From NCBI GenBank assembly GCA_005883625.1, contig VBDU01000071.1, positions 17,233 to 81,232 on the forward strand: DNA of 64,000 bases, given 5' to 3'. The DNA comes from Chloroflexota bacterium (GTDB taxonomy: Bacteria > Chloroflexota > Limnocylindria > P2-11E). Positions 8,489 through 17,331 of the stretch are shown here, in pieces. Positions within the stretch are counted from its first letter, which is position 1, and every line of letters begins with the position of its first letter. The notes beneath the pieces are model-generated. The model worked only from the letters and a program-made list of their open reading frames with translations, made no database searches and was not told the DNA's origin. A program made the position numbers and the translations under genes.

Positions 8489-9865
8489 TCAGCTCCGCGA
8501 GATCGGCAACCGCACCGCGAACTCGGCCCCGCCGTCCGCCACGTTTTGTGCGCTGATCGCGCCGCCGTGCGCCTGCGCGATGGCCTGCGCGATGGCGAGC
8601 CCCAGGCCCGCGCCGTTCCGCACGGCGTTCTCGCCGCGGTAGAAGCGCTGGAAGAGGCGGACCTGCGCGCCCTCGGGGAGGCCCGAGCCGGCATCGCGAA
8701 CGCGCAGGATGATCGTGCCGTCGTCGCGCTCGCCGCGGACGCGGACGGTCGCGCCGCGCGGCGAGTGCTTCACCGCGTTGTCCAGGAGGTTGAGGAAGAG
8801 CTGCGCGAGCTTGTCGGGATCGCCGCGGACCGACGGGAGCGCGTCCGCGTCGGCGACGTCGAAGCGAACGCCCGCGTCGCGCGCCTGAACGTCGAGCGCG
8901 GCGACCGCGCTCGAGAGCAGCCGGGCGGGCGAGACGTCTTCCTGCGCCATCGCCTGAGCGCCGGCCTCGAGCTTCGCGACCTGCAGGAGCCCTTCCACCA
9001 TGCGCACGAGCCGCCGCGCCTCGCGGTGGATGACCTCGCCGGCTCGCGTGACCGCATCGCCGCGGGCCTCGCCCTCGACGATCGCCTGCGCGAAGCCCTG
9101 GATCGAGGTGAGGGGTGTCCGCAGCTCGTGCGAGATGTCGGCGAGGAACGCGCGCTCGCTCCCTCGCGCCCGCTGGATCTCGCCCGCCATCTCGTTGAAG
9201 GCGGTGCCGAGCTCGGCCACCTCGTTCGGTCCTGACAGCGGCACGCGCGTCTCGTACTCGCCCTTCGCGAATCGTCGCGCCCCGGAGGCCAGCACGCGAA
9301 GCGGCCGCGTGATCGTCCGCGAGAGGAGCGCCGCGACGACGAGCGCGAATCCGGCGGAGACGGCGGCGCTGATGAGCAGGGCGGGCAGCAGATCGCGGAT
9401 GGTGTCCGCGAAGACCGCGCGCGGACGCGCGACGACGATGAAGCCCTGGCCGCCCGCGCCGACGACCGCTCGCAGGAGCTGCTGCCGCACGAAGATCCAC
9501 TGCTCGTCCTTCTCGGTGAACGTCCCGATATTCGCGGTGTTGACGGGCGGGATCGTGAAGTTGACGAGCGTGCCGTCGCTGTCGACGACGACGCGGCGCT
9601 GCGGCGTGATCACGAGGAGCCGGGCGTTCGCGGCGCGCGCCTGCTCGGTGAGCGCCTCGACGATCTCGCGGGGCTGCTGTCCCGAGCGCACGCCGGTCTG
9701 GATCGCGGTGAGGAACGGCGCGGAAAGCTCCTCGAGCCGCAGCCTTGTCTGGTCGTTCTCGTAGCGGAGGAGGAGTCCCGCGATCGTGAGCGCGGCGGCC
9801 GCGAGGCCGACGAGCACGACGGCGAGGTACGAGAGGAACAGACGCGACGCGACGGTCCGTGGCAT
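8489..9865 (-). CDS. sensor histidine kinase (TM, HAMP, HisKA, HATPase_c)
   Basis: H-box SHELRTPLTSI, N-box LLDNAVKHSP, G-box GAGLGLAIA. Confidence 0.9.
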   Translation of the reverse strand: MPRTVASRLFLSYLAVVLVGLAAAALTIAGLLLRYENDQTRLRLEELSAPFLTAIQTGVRSGQQPREIVEALTEQARAANARLLVITPQRRVVVDSDGTLVNFTIPPVNTANIGTFTEKDEQWIFVRQQLLRAVVGAGGQGFIVVARPRAVFADTIRDLLPALLISAAVSAGFALVVAALLSRTITRPLRVLASGARRFAKGEYETRVPLSGPNEVAELGTAFNEMAGEIQRARGSERAFLADISHELRTPLTSIQGFAQAIVEGEARGDAVTRAGEVIHREARRLVRMVEGLLQVAKLEAGAQAMAQEDVSPARLLSSAVAALDVQARDAGVRFDVADADALPSVRGDPDKLAQLFLNLLDNAVKHSPRGATVRVRGERDDGTIILRVRDAGSGLPEGAQVRLFQRFYRGENAVRNGAGLGLAIAQAIAQAHGGAISAQNVADGGAEFAVRLPISRS

Positions 9866-9868
9866 CGG

Positions 9869-10546
9869 CTAGCCCGGCGCGACCAGCTTGTATCCGACGC
9901 CCCACACGGTCTCGATCTTCGCGTCGGCGCCGGAGAGCTTGTCGCGTAGCTGCTTCACGTGGACGTCCACGGTCCGCGTCTCGCCCGGATACGCGAAGCC
10001 CCACACGTCTTCGAGGAGCCGGTCGCGGGTGAGGACGATGCCGGGCTGTCGGCAGAACGCCTCGAGGAGCTCGAACTCTTTCGCGCGGAGCGTTACCGCA
10101 CGCTCGGCGACGAAGACCTCGTGGCGCGCCGGATCGACCCGCACGTTCCCGACCTCGAGCGTCCGGCCGCCGCCGGGCATGCCCGCGACGCGGCGAAGGA
10201 CCGCTCGCACGCGTGCGACGAGCTCCTTTGGGTTGAACGGCTTCGTGAGGTAGTCGTCCATGCCCTGCTCGAGAGCCTCGATCTTCTGCACGTCCTCGGC
10301 ACGCGCGGTAAGCGCGAGCACCGGCGTGTCCGCGTGCGAGCGGATCTCGCGGAAGAGCTCGAGGCCGTCGGCATCGGGCAGCCCGAGGTCGAGCACGACG
10401 AGCGCCGGTTTCACGTCTCCCATGGCCTTGCGGGCCTCGGACGCGGTGCGCGCGTGCTCGACGATGAAATCGGCGTTGCGGAGGTAGAGCGTCACGAGCT
10501 CCGCGACCGACGGGTCGTCCTCGATGACGACGATGCGCGCGGTCAT
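9869..10546 (-). CDS. OmpR-family DNA-binding response regulator
   Basis: Receiver domain (IVVIEDD..DLGLPDADG) plus winged-helix domain (VWG..RTVDVHV..LR.K). ATG 10544-10546. Lies 3 nt upstream of the kinase gene. Confidence 0.9.
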   Translation of the reverse strand: MTARIVVIEDDPSVAELVTLYLRNADFIVEHARTASEARKAMGDVKPALVVLDLGLPDADGLELFREIRSHADTPVLALTARAEDVQKIEALEQGMDDYLTKPFNPKELVARVRAVLRRVAGMPGGGRTLEVGNVRVDPARHEVFVAERAVTLRAKEFELLEAFCRQPGIVLTRDRLLEDVWGFAYPGETRTVDVHVKQLRDKLSGADAKIETVWGVGYKLVAPG

Positions 10547-10581
10547 GCCCGGAATGCTAAGCGTGGTAGCGTGCCGCACCT

Positions 10582-11418
10582 GTGAAAGATCCGTTCGTTC
10601 TGGGGACGATCCTCGCGCATCCCGACGACGAGACGTTCGGCGTCGGTGGCACGCTGATCAAGTACGCCGACGAGGGCGTCCGCGTGCACAGCCTCTGCCT
10701 CACCCAGGGCGACCAGGGCTGGATGGGCGATCCCGAGCGTCCCATCGTGACCCGCGAGCGCCTCGGGGCGATGCGCGCGGCCGAGCTCGCCGAATCGGGA
10801 CGCCGCATGGGGCTCGCGTCGACCACCTGCCTCACATACCCCGACGGAGCCCTCGCCGGTGTCAGTGGGGACGAAGTGGTGCGGGACATCGTCCGCTGGC
10901 TGCGGCGGCTCCGGCCGGACGTGGTCATCACGTGGGGTCCCGACGGCGGCTACGGCCATCCCGACCACGTCGCCGCCGGCGAGCGCGCGCTCAAGGCGAT
11001 CGAGCTCGCGGGCATCCAGCGACACGAGCCGGCGCTTGGCGCGCACTGGCACGTGCGCCGGTGCTATCGCTTCGTCGCGGCCGCGGACTTCGTCGACGGC
11101 ATCCGCGAGATCAACAAACAGTTCGCCGACTACATGGAGACCCTCGCGGTGAAGCCGGAGCGCTGGACGAGAGACCGGCTTGGCGCGGCGATCGACATCC
11201 GCGAGGTCGTCGAGCGGAAGATCGACGCGATGAAGGCCCACGCGACCCAGGAGCCCGACTACCGCGAGTGGATCGCCTCGCGTGAGAAGATCCCGTGGCT
11301 CTTCTCGGAGGAGGTATTCATCCGTGAGTTTCCCGACGCGGGTGGCCCGCCGCTCGAGACAGACCTCTTCGGCGCGCTCCGCGGGATGTCGCCCGGCTCG
11401 CTCGCGAAGCGAGCGTGA
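10582..11418 (+). CDS. PIG-L / LmbE-family N-acetylglucosaminyl deacetylase
   Basis: AHPDDE and HPDH motifs. GTG 10582. The last 7 codons and the stop are supplied by a REP-like element. Confidence 0.85.
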   Translation: MKDPFVLGTILAHPDDETFGVGGTLIKYADEGVRVHSLCLTQGDQGWMGDPERPIVTRERLGAMRAAELAESGRRMGLASTTCLTYPDGALAGVSGDEVVRDIVRWLRRLRPDVVITWGPDGGYGHPDHVAAGERALKAIELAGIQRHEPALGAHWHVRRCYRFVAAADFVDGIREINKQFADYMETLAVKPERWTRDRLGAAIDIREVVERKIDAMKAHATQEPDYREWIASREKIPWLFSEEVFIREFPDAGGPPLETDLFGALRGMSPGSLAKRA

Positions 11419-11501
11419 GAAGGGGGTTGCAGGGGACTTCGCAACACTCGCTCGCGAAGCGAGCGTGAGAAGGGGGGTTGCAGGGGGCACGCCCCCTGCG
11501 A
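11397..11501. repeat. two tandem REP-like elements (first copy truncated)
   Basis: CTCGCTCGCGAAGCGAGCGTGAGAAGGGGG(G)TTGCAGGGG occurs twice (from 11397 and 11447). The second copy ends in the hairpin GCAGGGGGC-ac-GCCCCCTGC (11480-11499). Confidence 0.7.
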
Positions 11502-11505
11502 GAAA

Positions 11506-12261
11506 TTAGCTGGCGATCGCGAGGCGGATCGGTCCGATGAGCGCGTCCGCGAGCGCGCGCGTGCGCTCCGCCGACGTCTCCATGCGCGGGTCGTAGCGCG
11601 TGAGGTAGCTCACCGCGGCGTCGAGGCCCTCGACGACCGGAACGCCCGAGCTCGAGACGTCGCCGAGCTTCGCGCGCGTGAAGACGACGACCCCTTCGAT
11701 CCGCGTGTTGATGAAGCCGCCCGTCGCGATGTCGCTGCGCACGCGCGTGGCGTTCCAGCGCGCGCGCTTCGACGGCGAGTCGTACAGCGCCCGCGAGCGG
11801 GTCCGCGACGACCTGCGATACCAGTGGTCCTGGTAGCAGATCACTTCGCCGGCTTCGCCGCGCGGCTCGACGACGACGACGCCGGGCGGGCCGACGACGA
11901 CGACCGCGACCTCGGCCTCACCGTCGTCGCGCGGCGCGTAGTGCGAGAGCACGACGTAGTCGCCGGGGAGCCGGCCCTCGAGCTGTTTGGCGACGGCGTC
12001 GGCGAGCTCCGACGCGCCGCGCAGGCGGAGTGCCCGTGCGAGCGCGCGGAGCCCGACGCCGAGCGCGGGGAGGGGGACGAGGCTGAATAGGACGCCGACG
12101 ACGAACGGCGGCACGCCGATGGCGCTCGCGAGCGCGCGCTGGTCGAGCGCGTACGCGAGGGCCGCGGCCGCAAGGCCGAGCGCCGTCCAGAAGAGCCCGC
12201 GGCGCAGCGTGCGGCGCCAACGACGTCGCGTCGGCGGCGTGCTGCCGAGCGTGTCCTTCAT
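11506..12261 (-). CDS. NERD (nuclease-related) domain protein with N-terminal TM segments
   Basis: Two TM helices followed by a NERD-like core (VVLSHYA..AEVAVVVVGPPGVVVVEPRG...W). ATG 12259-12261 chosen over the longer ORF. Confidence 0.65.
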   Translation of the reverse strand: MKDTLGSTPPTRRRWRRTLRRGLFWTALGLAAAALAYALDQRALASAIGVPPFVVGVLFSLVPLPALGVGLRALARALRLRGASELADAVAKQLEGRLPGDYVVLSHYAPRDDGEAEVAVVVVGPPGVVVVEPRGEAGEVICYQDHWYRRSSRTRSRALYDSPSKRARWNATRVRSDIATGGFINTRIEGVVVFTRAKLGDVSSSGVPVVEGLDAAVSYLTRYDPRMETSAERTRALADALIGPIRLAIAS

Positions 12262-12366
12262 GAAGTGACCTTCCTCCCGCTCTCGACCGCCGAGACTCCC
12301 TCGTGTCGCGCCGTGCGACAAGAGACCCGTTGGTCCTAGCCGGAAGTACTGGTCATCATCGTCGCG

Positions 12367-13398
12367 ATGTCACTCACGTCCGAGATCGCCGAGCAGCCGA
12401 AGGTGGTCCGGCGGCTGCTCGAAGAAGGATGGCCCGACGCGAAAGCGCTCGGGCGGGCGCTTGGCAGGATCGAGCACGTCACGCTGGTCGCGCGGGGCTC
12501 CTCGGACAACGCCGCCACCTACGGCAAGTACATGTTCGAGAGCGTCGCCGCGATCGTGACCGCGCTCGCCGCGCCGTCGCTCGTCACGCGCTACGACGCG
12601 GCCCCCGCGTTCGGCCGCGGGGCGGTCATCGGCATCTCGCAGTCCGGCGCCTCGCCCGACGTCGCGGCGGTCGTGCGGGAAGGCCGGCGCGCGGGCGCGG
12701 TGACGATCGCCCTGACCAACAGCCCGCGATCGCGCCTCGCACGGACGGCCGAGCACGTGTTCGCGCTGCGCGCGGGACGCGAGCGTGCCGTCGCGGCGAC
12801 GAAGACGTACACCGCGACCTGCGTCGCGCTCGCGCTCCTTGCCGCGGCGACCGCGGAGGCACGCGGGCGGAGCGCGCTGTCGCTCGCGGGATTGCCGGAG
12901 GCGGTCGACGAGGCCGTGGCGATGTCGTCCGACGCGGCGCGCCTGGCGAGGCGGATCGGCCGCGCCGACGCGATCGTCGTCCTCGGCCGCGGGTACCAGT
13001 TCGCCGCCGCGCTCGAGGCCTCGCTGAAGATCAAGGAGCTCGCACGCGTATGGGCCGAGCCGTACTCGAGCGCCGACTTCGCGCACGGACCGCAGACGCT
13101 GCTGCGGCGCGGGACGCCGGTCTTGCTTCTGTCCTCACGCGGCGCGACCGAGGCTGAGGCGCGGGCGCTCGCGCGGGCTCTCGCGCGCAAGGGCGCGCGG
13201 CTCTACGCCATCACGAACGACGAGCGGCTCGCGGCTGACGTCGCGGACGCCGTGCTCCTGCGCGCGCCGCTTTCGGAGACGCTGACGCCGGTCAGCTTCG
13301 TGATCGCGGCGCAGCTGCTCGCCGTCGCGCTCGCCCGCCGGCGCGGCCGCGACCCGGAGCGGCCCGCCGGCCTTTCGAAGGTGACGCGGACCTGCTAG
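12367..13398 (+). CDS. double SIS-domain sugar-phosphate isomerase/deaminase (GlmS-isomerase / NagB-II-like)
   Basis: 343 aa with motifs ARGSSDNAA, ISQSGASPD and KIKE. Confidence 0.8.
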   Translation: MSLTSEIAEQPKVVRRLLEEGWPDAKALGRALGRIEHVTLVARGSSDNAATYGKYMFESVAAIVTALAAPSLVTRYDAAPAFGRGAVIGISQSGASPDVAAVVREGRRAGAVTIALTNSPRSRLARTAEHVFALRAGRERAVAATKTYTATCVALALLAAATAEARGRSALSLAGLPEAVDEAVAMSSDAARLARRIGRADAIVVLGRGYQFAAALEASLKIKELARVWAEPYSSADFAHGPQTLLRRGTPVLLLSSRGATEAEARALARALARKGARLYAITNDERLAADVADAVLLRAPLSETLTPVSFVIAAQLLAVALARRRGRDPERPAGLSKVTRTC

Positions 13399-13744
13399 CG
13401 GCGCGTCGCTTCGGCGGCGCCGCGCCGCGAGCTCGCTTCGGGGGCCGGGGGGCAGCGCCCCCCGACGGCTCCTGTGGTAGGAACTCGACGGTGAGGCGGT
13501 ACCCATAGGCCGCCGCGACCCGCGAGAGTGACCGGAGCGACGGCAGGTAGCGCGGATCCTCCATGCGGCGAAGCTGCGTCTGCGACGTCCCGAGGCGTCT
13601 GGCGGCCGCGCGCTCGGAGAGCCCCGCGGCGCGGCGGAGCTTCGCGACGGCCTCGGCGACCGCCGCGGCGAGCGGGTCGGGACGCCGCTCGGCCTCGGCC
13701 TGGCTGGGGACTGCTACCGCTGTTGGTGGCGGCTGCTCCGGCAT
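13292..13744 (-). CDS. XRE-family helix-turn-helix protein with a low-complexity C-terminal tail
   Basis: HTH core LRRAAGLSERAAARRLGTSQTQLRRMED. The tail crosses a REP-like element and overlaps the 3' end of the SIS gene by 107 nt. Confidence 0.6.
   Translation of the reverse strand: MPEQPPPTAVAVPSQAEAERRPDPLAAAVAEAVAKLRRAAGLSERAAARRLGTSQTQLRRMEDPRYLPSLRSLSRVAAAYGYRLTVEFLPQEPSGGAAPRPPKRARGAAPPKRRAASRSASPSKGRRAAPGRGRAGGRARRRAAAPRSRS
13438..13467. repeat. REP-like hairpin element (G6-CAGCG-C6 subtype)
   Basis: TCGGGGGCCGGGGGGCAGCGCCCCCCGACG, identical over 30 nt to 36640..36669. Confidence 0.6.
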
Positions 13745-13768
13745 GGGCGCACCATCCTAGCCCGCCGA

Positions 13769-14689
13769 TCAGGTCGCGGCGAAAACGTCGAGCAGATCGC
13801 GCTGTGCCCCGTCGTACGCGAAGAGGATCGTGCCTTCGCAGCCGGCCTCGGCCGCCGCGCGCACCTGCGCTCGCACGAGCGCGCGCTCGCCCGGGTAGGC
13901 CATGAGGCCGCCCCACATGCGCGTGTCCGGCGCCGCCGCCCGCGCGGCGCCGAGCAGCCGCGCGACCTCGGCAGTATCGCGGTGGTAGGCCATCGGGCAC
14001 ACGAGATCGAGGTAACGCTCGCGCGCCCACTCTGGCCAACGCTGCAACACGCGGTCGCGCGCGACGACGGGATCAGGAAGGACCGCGGCCGAGATGACGA
14101 TGCCGGCGCGGGCCTCGCGCAGACGTTTGGCGCCCTCGGCGACGAGCGCGGTCACGGCGGAGTGATCGTCGGCTGACGAGGCGGAGGTCGCCCGCGGATA
14201 CCGCACGTAGTCGTAATGGAAGCCCTCCACGCGGTAGCGCGACACGATGTCGCTGAAGACCGCAAGCGTGTGCTCGCGGGCCGGCTCGCTCCGGGGATCT
14301 ACGTAAACCCCTTCGAAATCGGCGCCCCCTCGGGGAGCGAGCTGGCCTGCGCCGAGCCGAAGGAGCCAGTCGGGGTGCGCGTTCACGAGGTGCACGGGCG
14401 AGCGCGGCAGGGCGCCCTGCGGGTGCGACCAGACGAAGAAGACGTTCGCCCAAGCGTGGATGCGCACGCCTACGGCGGCGCCTGCGCGCACGAGGTGCGC
14501 GAGCGGGTCGAAGCCGGCGGCAAGCCCCTCGGCGAGCGGCTCCAGCGCGGAGGCGTAGTAGGCGTCGCCGCGACCGCGGATCTGGACGACGAGATCGTGG
14601 ATCCCGCGCACGGTCGCGTCGGCCACGAGGTCGTCGATCGCGCTCCGCGAGACGATCCTGTCCCTGACGACCCAGAGCGCCTTCTCCAT
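13769..14689 (-). CDS. glycoside-hydrolase-like TIM-barrel protein (GHL10 / DUF187 family)
   Basis: 306-aa tail of ORF 13769..15289 (MEKALWVV.., HAW.NVF, EGFHYDYVRYP). ATG 14687-14689. Confidence 0.65.
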   Translation of the reverse strand: MEKALWVVRDRIVSRSAIDDLVADATVRGIHDLVVQIRGRGDAYYASALEPLAEGLAAGFDPLAHLVRAGAAVGVRIHAWANVFFVWSHPQGALPRSPVHLVNAHPDWLLRLGAGQLAPRGGADFEGVYVDPRSEPAREHTLAVFSDIVSRYRVEGFHYDYVRYPRATSASSADDHSAVTALVAEGAKRLREARAGIVISAAVLPDPVVARDRVLQRWPEWARERYLDLVCPMAYHRDTAEVARLLGAARAAAPDTRMWGGLMAYPGERALVRAQVRAAAEAGCEGTILFAYDGAQRDLLDVFAAT

Positions 14690-14693
14690 CACT

Positions 14694-14752
14694 TTTCGCA
14701 GGGGGCGTACCCCCTGCAGCCCCCTTCCTAGCAAGGGCTCCGCCCTTGCAGT
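14694..14752. repeat. REP-like element with two hairpins, inside the operon
   Basis: GCAGGGGGC-gt-ACCCCCTGC (14698-14717) and GCAAGGGC-tcc-GCCCTTGC (14731-14749). Confidence 0.65.
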
Positions 14753-14753
14753 T

Positions 14754-15764
14754 TCAGGGTGATGTCTTCTCGTTCGGAATGAGGGCGTCGCGAGCCGCGT
14801 CGATCGCCTCGGGCCGCGACTCGGGCGGGATCGTGCAGCCGCCCGCGGCGAGCCAGCGGCGGCCCCGCGTCTGCGCGAGACCTTCGGCGATCTCGCGCCG
14901 CGCGGCGGCCGGCGATCGCGCGAGAAGCGCGGCATCCGACAGTCCGCCGATGGCGCCGCGGTCCGCCGTCGCGCCCTGGAACGCGGCGAGATTCGGATTC
15001 CCCGCGAGACGCGGGTTCCAAGACACCGCCGTGACGTCGTAGCGGGCGAGCTCGACGACCCGCGCGTTCGGGCCGCACACGTGGAGGACGTTGAGCGCAG
15101 CGCCGCGCGCCCCGGCGAGCACGCGGAGGTCGAAGGGACGGCCGAAGCGCGCGTATTCGCCCTGGTCGAGGGTGTCCCGCTGCGCCCAGCTCGTGGTCGC
15201 GAGAAAGATCCCGTCCGCGGTCTCGACGCACGCGCGGGCGAGCGCCGCGAACGTCTCCGCGACGGCGTCGAGCGCCGCGAGCACCGCATCGGGGCGCGCG
15301 CGCAGGTCCGCGAGGAGGCGCTCCTTGCCGCCGAGCCGCTCGAGGACGCCGAGCGGCGTGAAGATCGTCGCGAGGAGCGGGACGTCCGGCAGCGCCACGC
15401 GGACGCGCCGCAGGCCGTCGAGCAGCTCGCGGAAGGCGGGAGCGCTCACCGGCTTGCGGCCGATCTTTCGCCAGTCGTCGGGACGGCGCACCGCGTACCG
15501 CACCAGCGTCGGTCGCGCCGCGCCCGCGTAGCGGTACGCGGTCCCCCACGGCTCAGCGTGGTAGTGGGCGCGCGGGTTGTATTTGACGATGTCCAGCCGG
15601 TGGCGCGTGGTGAAGGCGATCGTCGTCCCGGCCAGGCGCTCCGCGCCCTCGTTCTCGTCGGGATAGAAGTGGCGCCACACCGCGAACGGAGGGCGGTCGA
15701 CCGCGTCGCCGCGGAGCGCGCGCCTGACGCGTTCGCGCGAGGTGAGTCCCGCGGATCGCGGCAT
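14754..15764 (-). CDS. uroporphyrinogen-decarboxylase (URO-D) fold family protein
   Basis: 336-aa tail of ORF 14754..16112, URO-D/MtaA-like over its full length. ATG 15762-15764 overlaps the upstream stop (TGATG). Confidence 0.65.
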   Translation of the reverse strand: MPRSAGLTSRERVRRALRGDAVDRPPFAVWRHFYPDENEGAERLAGTTIAFTTRHRLDIVKYNPRAHYHAEPWGTAYRYAGAARPTLVRYAVRRPDDWRKIGRKPVSAPAFRELLDGLRRVRVALPDVPLLATIFTPLGVLERLGGKERLLADLRARPDAVLAALDAVAETFAALARACVETADGIFLATTSWAQRDTLDQGEYARFGRPFDLRVLAGARGAALNVLHVCGPNARVVELARYDVTAVSWNPRLAGNPNLAAFQGATADRGAIGGLSDAALLARSPAAARREIAEGLAQTRGRRWLAAGGCTIPPESRPEAIDAARDALIPNEKTSP

Positions 15765-16522
15765 CAGAGCGCGGCGAAGGTCGTCAGGGCGACCTGGCGG
15801 TCCGCGAGCGCCCGGCGCACGCGTGGATCGGTGAGCGTCGCGAGCTCCTCCCCGCGCTCGCGTGCGTAGGTCGAGCCGGAGAGCAGCTCGGCATCGGGTT
15901 CGGCGGGATGGCACATGAGCTCGGTCACCCCGTCCCCGAGCCGGTGGATGATGCCCAGGAGCGTCGCGACGTCGATGTGGCCCGCGTGCTGGAACTCGCG
16001 GGAGAAGCGGTCCGGCGTGCGGATCCCTCGCGCCCGCAAGCGCTCGCGCTGCGCGTCGTCGTGGGTCCGCGCGGCGGCGCCGGTCTCGCGCGCGAGCTCG
16101 CCGAGCGCCCATTCGAGCGCGGGCATGTCGTGCACCCAGTGATGCGAGTCGAGATGCGTCGGCTCCCTCCCGATGAGCTCTCGCGCCCGAGCGTACTGCG
16201 CGCGGTACTCGACGAGCGCCTCGTCGCGATCCACCTCACGCGTGAGCAGCAGCGAGCGCCGCGGGAACTCACCGGTCGGCGTGACGAGCGAGCGGACCCG
16301 GGTCGGCTCGGAGAGCGGCCGCGCGAACGTGAGCACCAGATGTACGCCCACGTCGAGGGACGGGTCCGCTCGGGCGACGGCGCCGGCATGCGCGGCGTCG
16401 GTCGTATTCGCCATGAGCGTCGCGCTCGTGACGATGCCCTCGCGGTGCGCGCGCACGATCCCGCGATCGACCCCGGCCGAGCGGCCGAGGTCGTCGGCGT
16501 TCACGATGAGGCGGCGGGCCAC
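15764..16522 (-). CDS. ChbG/YdjC-family carbohydrate deacetylase
   Basis: LIVNADDLG and HLDSHH motifs. GTG 16520-16522 is preferred. The alternative ATG at 16558 would overlap murQ by 58 nt. Confidence 0.8.
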   Translation of the reverse strand: MARRLIVNADDLGRSAGVDRGIVRAHREGIVTSATLMANTTDAAHAGAVARADPSLDVGVHLVLTFARPLSEPTRVRSLVTPTGEFPRRSLLLTREVDRDEALVEYRAQYARARELIGREPTHLDSHHWVHDMPALEWALGELARETGAAARTHDDAQRERLRARGIRTPDRFSREFQHAGHIDVATLLGIIHRLGDGVTELMCHPAEPDAELLSGSTYARERGEELATLTDPRVRRALADRQVALTTFAAL

Positions 16523-17331
16523 CGGTCCTCGATCGCCGCGCGGACGTGCCAGCCCCATTTCTCCAGGCGGCGCTCCGCTTCACCCGGCGTGATCCGCGCT
16601 TCGTGCTGCACGATGGCGATCGCGCGCTGGCGCAGCTTCTCGTTCGTCGCGCGCAGATCGACCATGAGGTCATCGCGCGTGTGCCCGAGCTTCACCATCG
16701 CGGTCGTCGAGAGCATGTTGAGGACGAGCTTCGTCGCCGTGCCTGCCTTCAGGCGGCTCGATCCCGCGATGACCTCCGGGCCGACCTGGATGACGATCGG
16801 CACGTCCGGCTCGCGCGCCAGGCGCGAATCGGGGTTGCACGTGATGCCAATGGTCGCGGCGGCGCCCAGGTCGCGCTTCGCCGCCTCGAGCGCCGCGAGC
16901 ACGTACGGCGCGCGCCCGCTCGCCGAGATCCCGACGACGACGTCCCCCTGGCGCACCTGGCCCGCGAGGTCCCGGGCCGCGGCCGAGCCCTGGTCCTCGG
17001 CGCCTTCGATCGACATGCGCAGCGCGTGGTCGCCGCCGGCAATGATCGCGTGCACGAGCTCGGGATCGACGCCGAACGTCGGGGGCATCTCGCTCGCGTC
17101 GAGGACGCCGAGCCGGCCGCTCGTCCCGGCACCGACGTAACGCAGGCGGCCGCCCGCGGCGAGCGCGTTCACCGCGACATCGACGGCACGCTCGATCTGC
17201 GGGATGGCCTTGCGGACGGCGGCGGGGACGGTCGCGTCCTCGTCGTTCAGGAGCTCGAGGATCGCCCGCGTGGACATGGTGCCGAGCTTCGCCGCGCGCG
17301 GATTGCGCGACTCGGTGACGCGTTCGCTCAC
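16501..17331 (-). CDS. murQ: N-acetylmuramic acid 6-phosphate etherase
   Basis: SIS-domain etherase sequence (TESRNP, YVGAGTSGRLG, SASGRAPYV). GTG 17329-17331 forms a GTGA overlap with the upstream stop. Confidence 0.9.
   Translation of the reverse strand: MSERVTESRNPRAAKLGTMSTRAILELLNDEDATVPAAVRKAIPQIERAVDVAVNALAAGGRLRYVGAGTSGRLGVLDASEMPPTFGVDPELVHAIIAGGDHALRMSIEGAEDQGSAAARDLAGQVRQGDVVVGISASGRAPYVLAALEAAKRDLGAAATIGITCNPDSRLAREPDVPIVIQVGPEVIAGSSRLKAGTATKLVLNMLSTTAMVKLGHTRDDLMVDLRATNEKLRQRAIAIVQHEARITPGEAERRLEKWGWHVRAAIEDRWPAASS

Noticed and set aside
7275-10004. 909-aa ORF, and similar very long ORFs (e.g. 59299..62121 with 940 aa, 5477..7093, 31272..33317, 20397..22442 upstream part)
   Set aside because: Their translations are Arg/Ala/Pro/Gly-rich low-complexity sequence. 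They run antisense or out of frame to genes with clear family motifs. Only their terminal segments (where noted) are real. This is the typical stop-codon-poor artefact of very high GC content.
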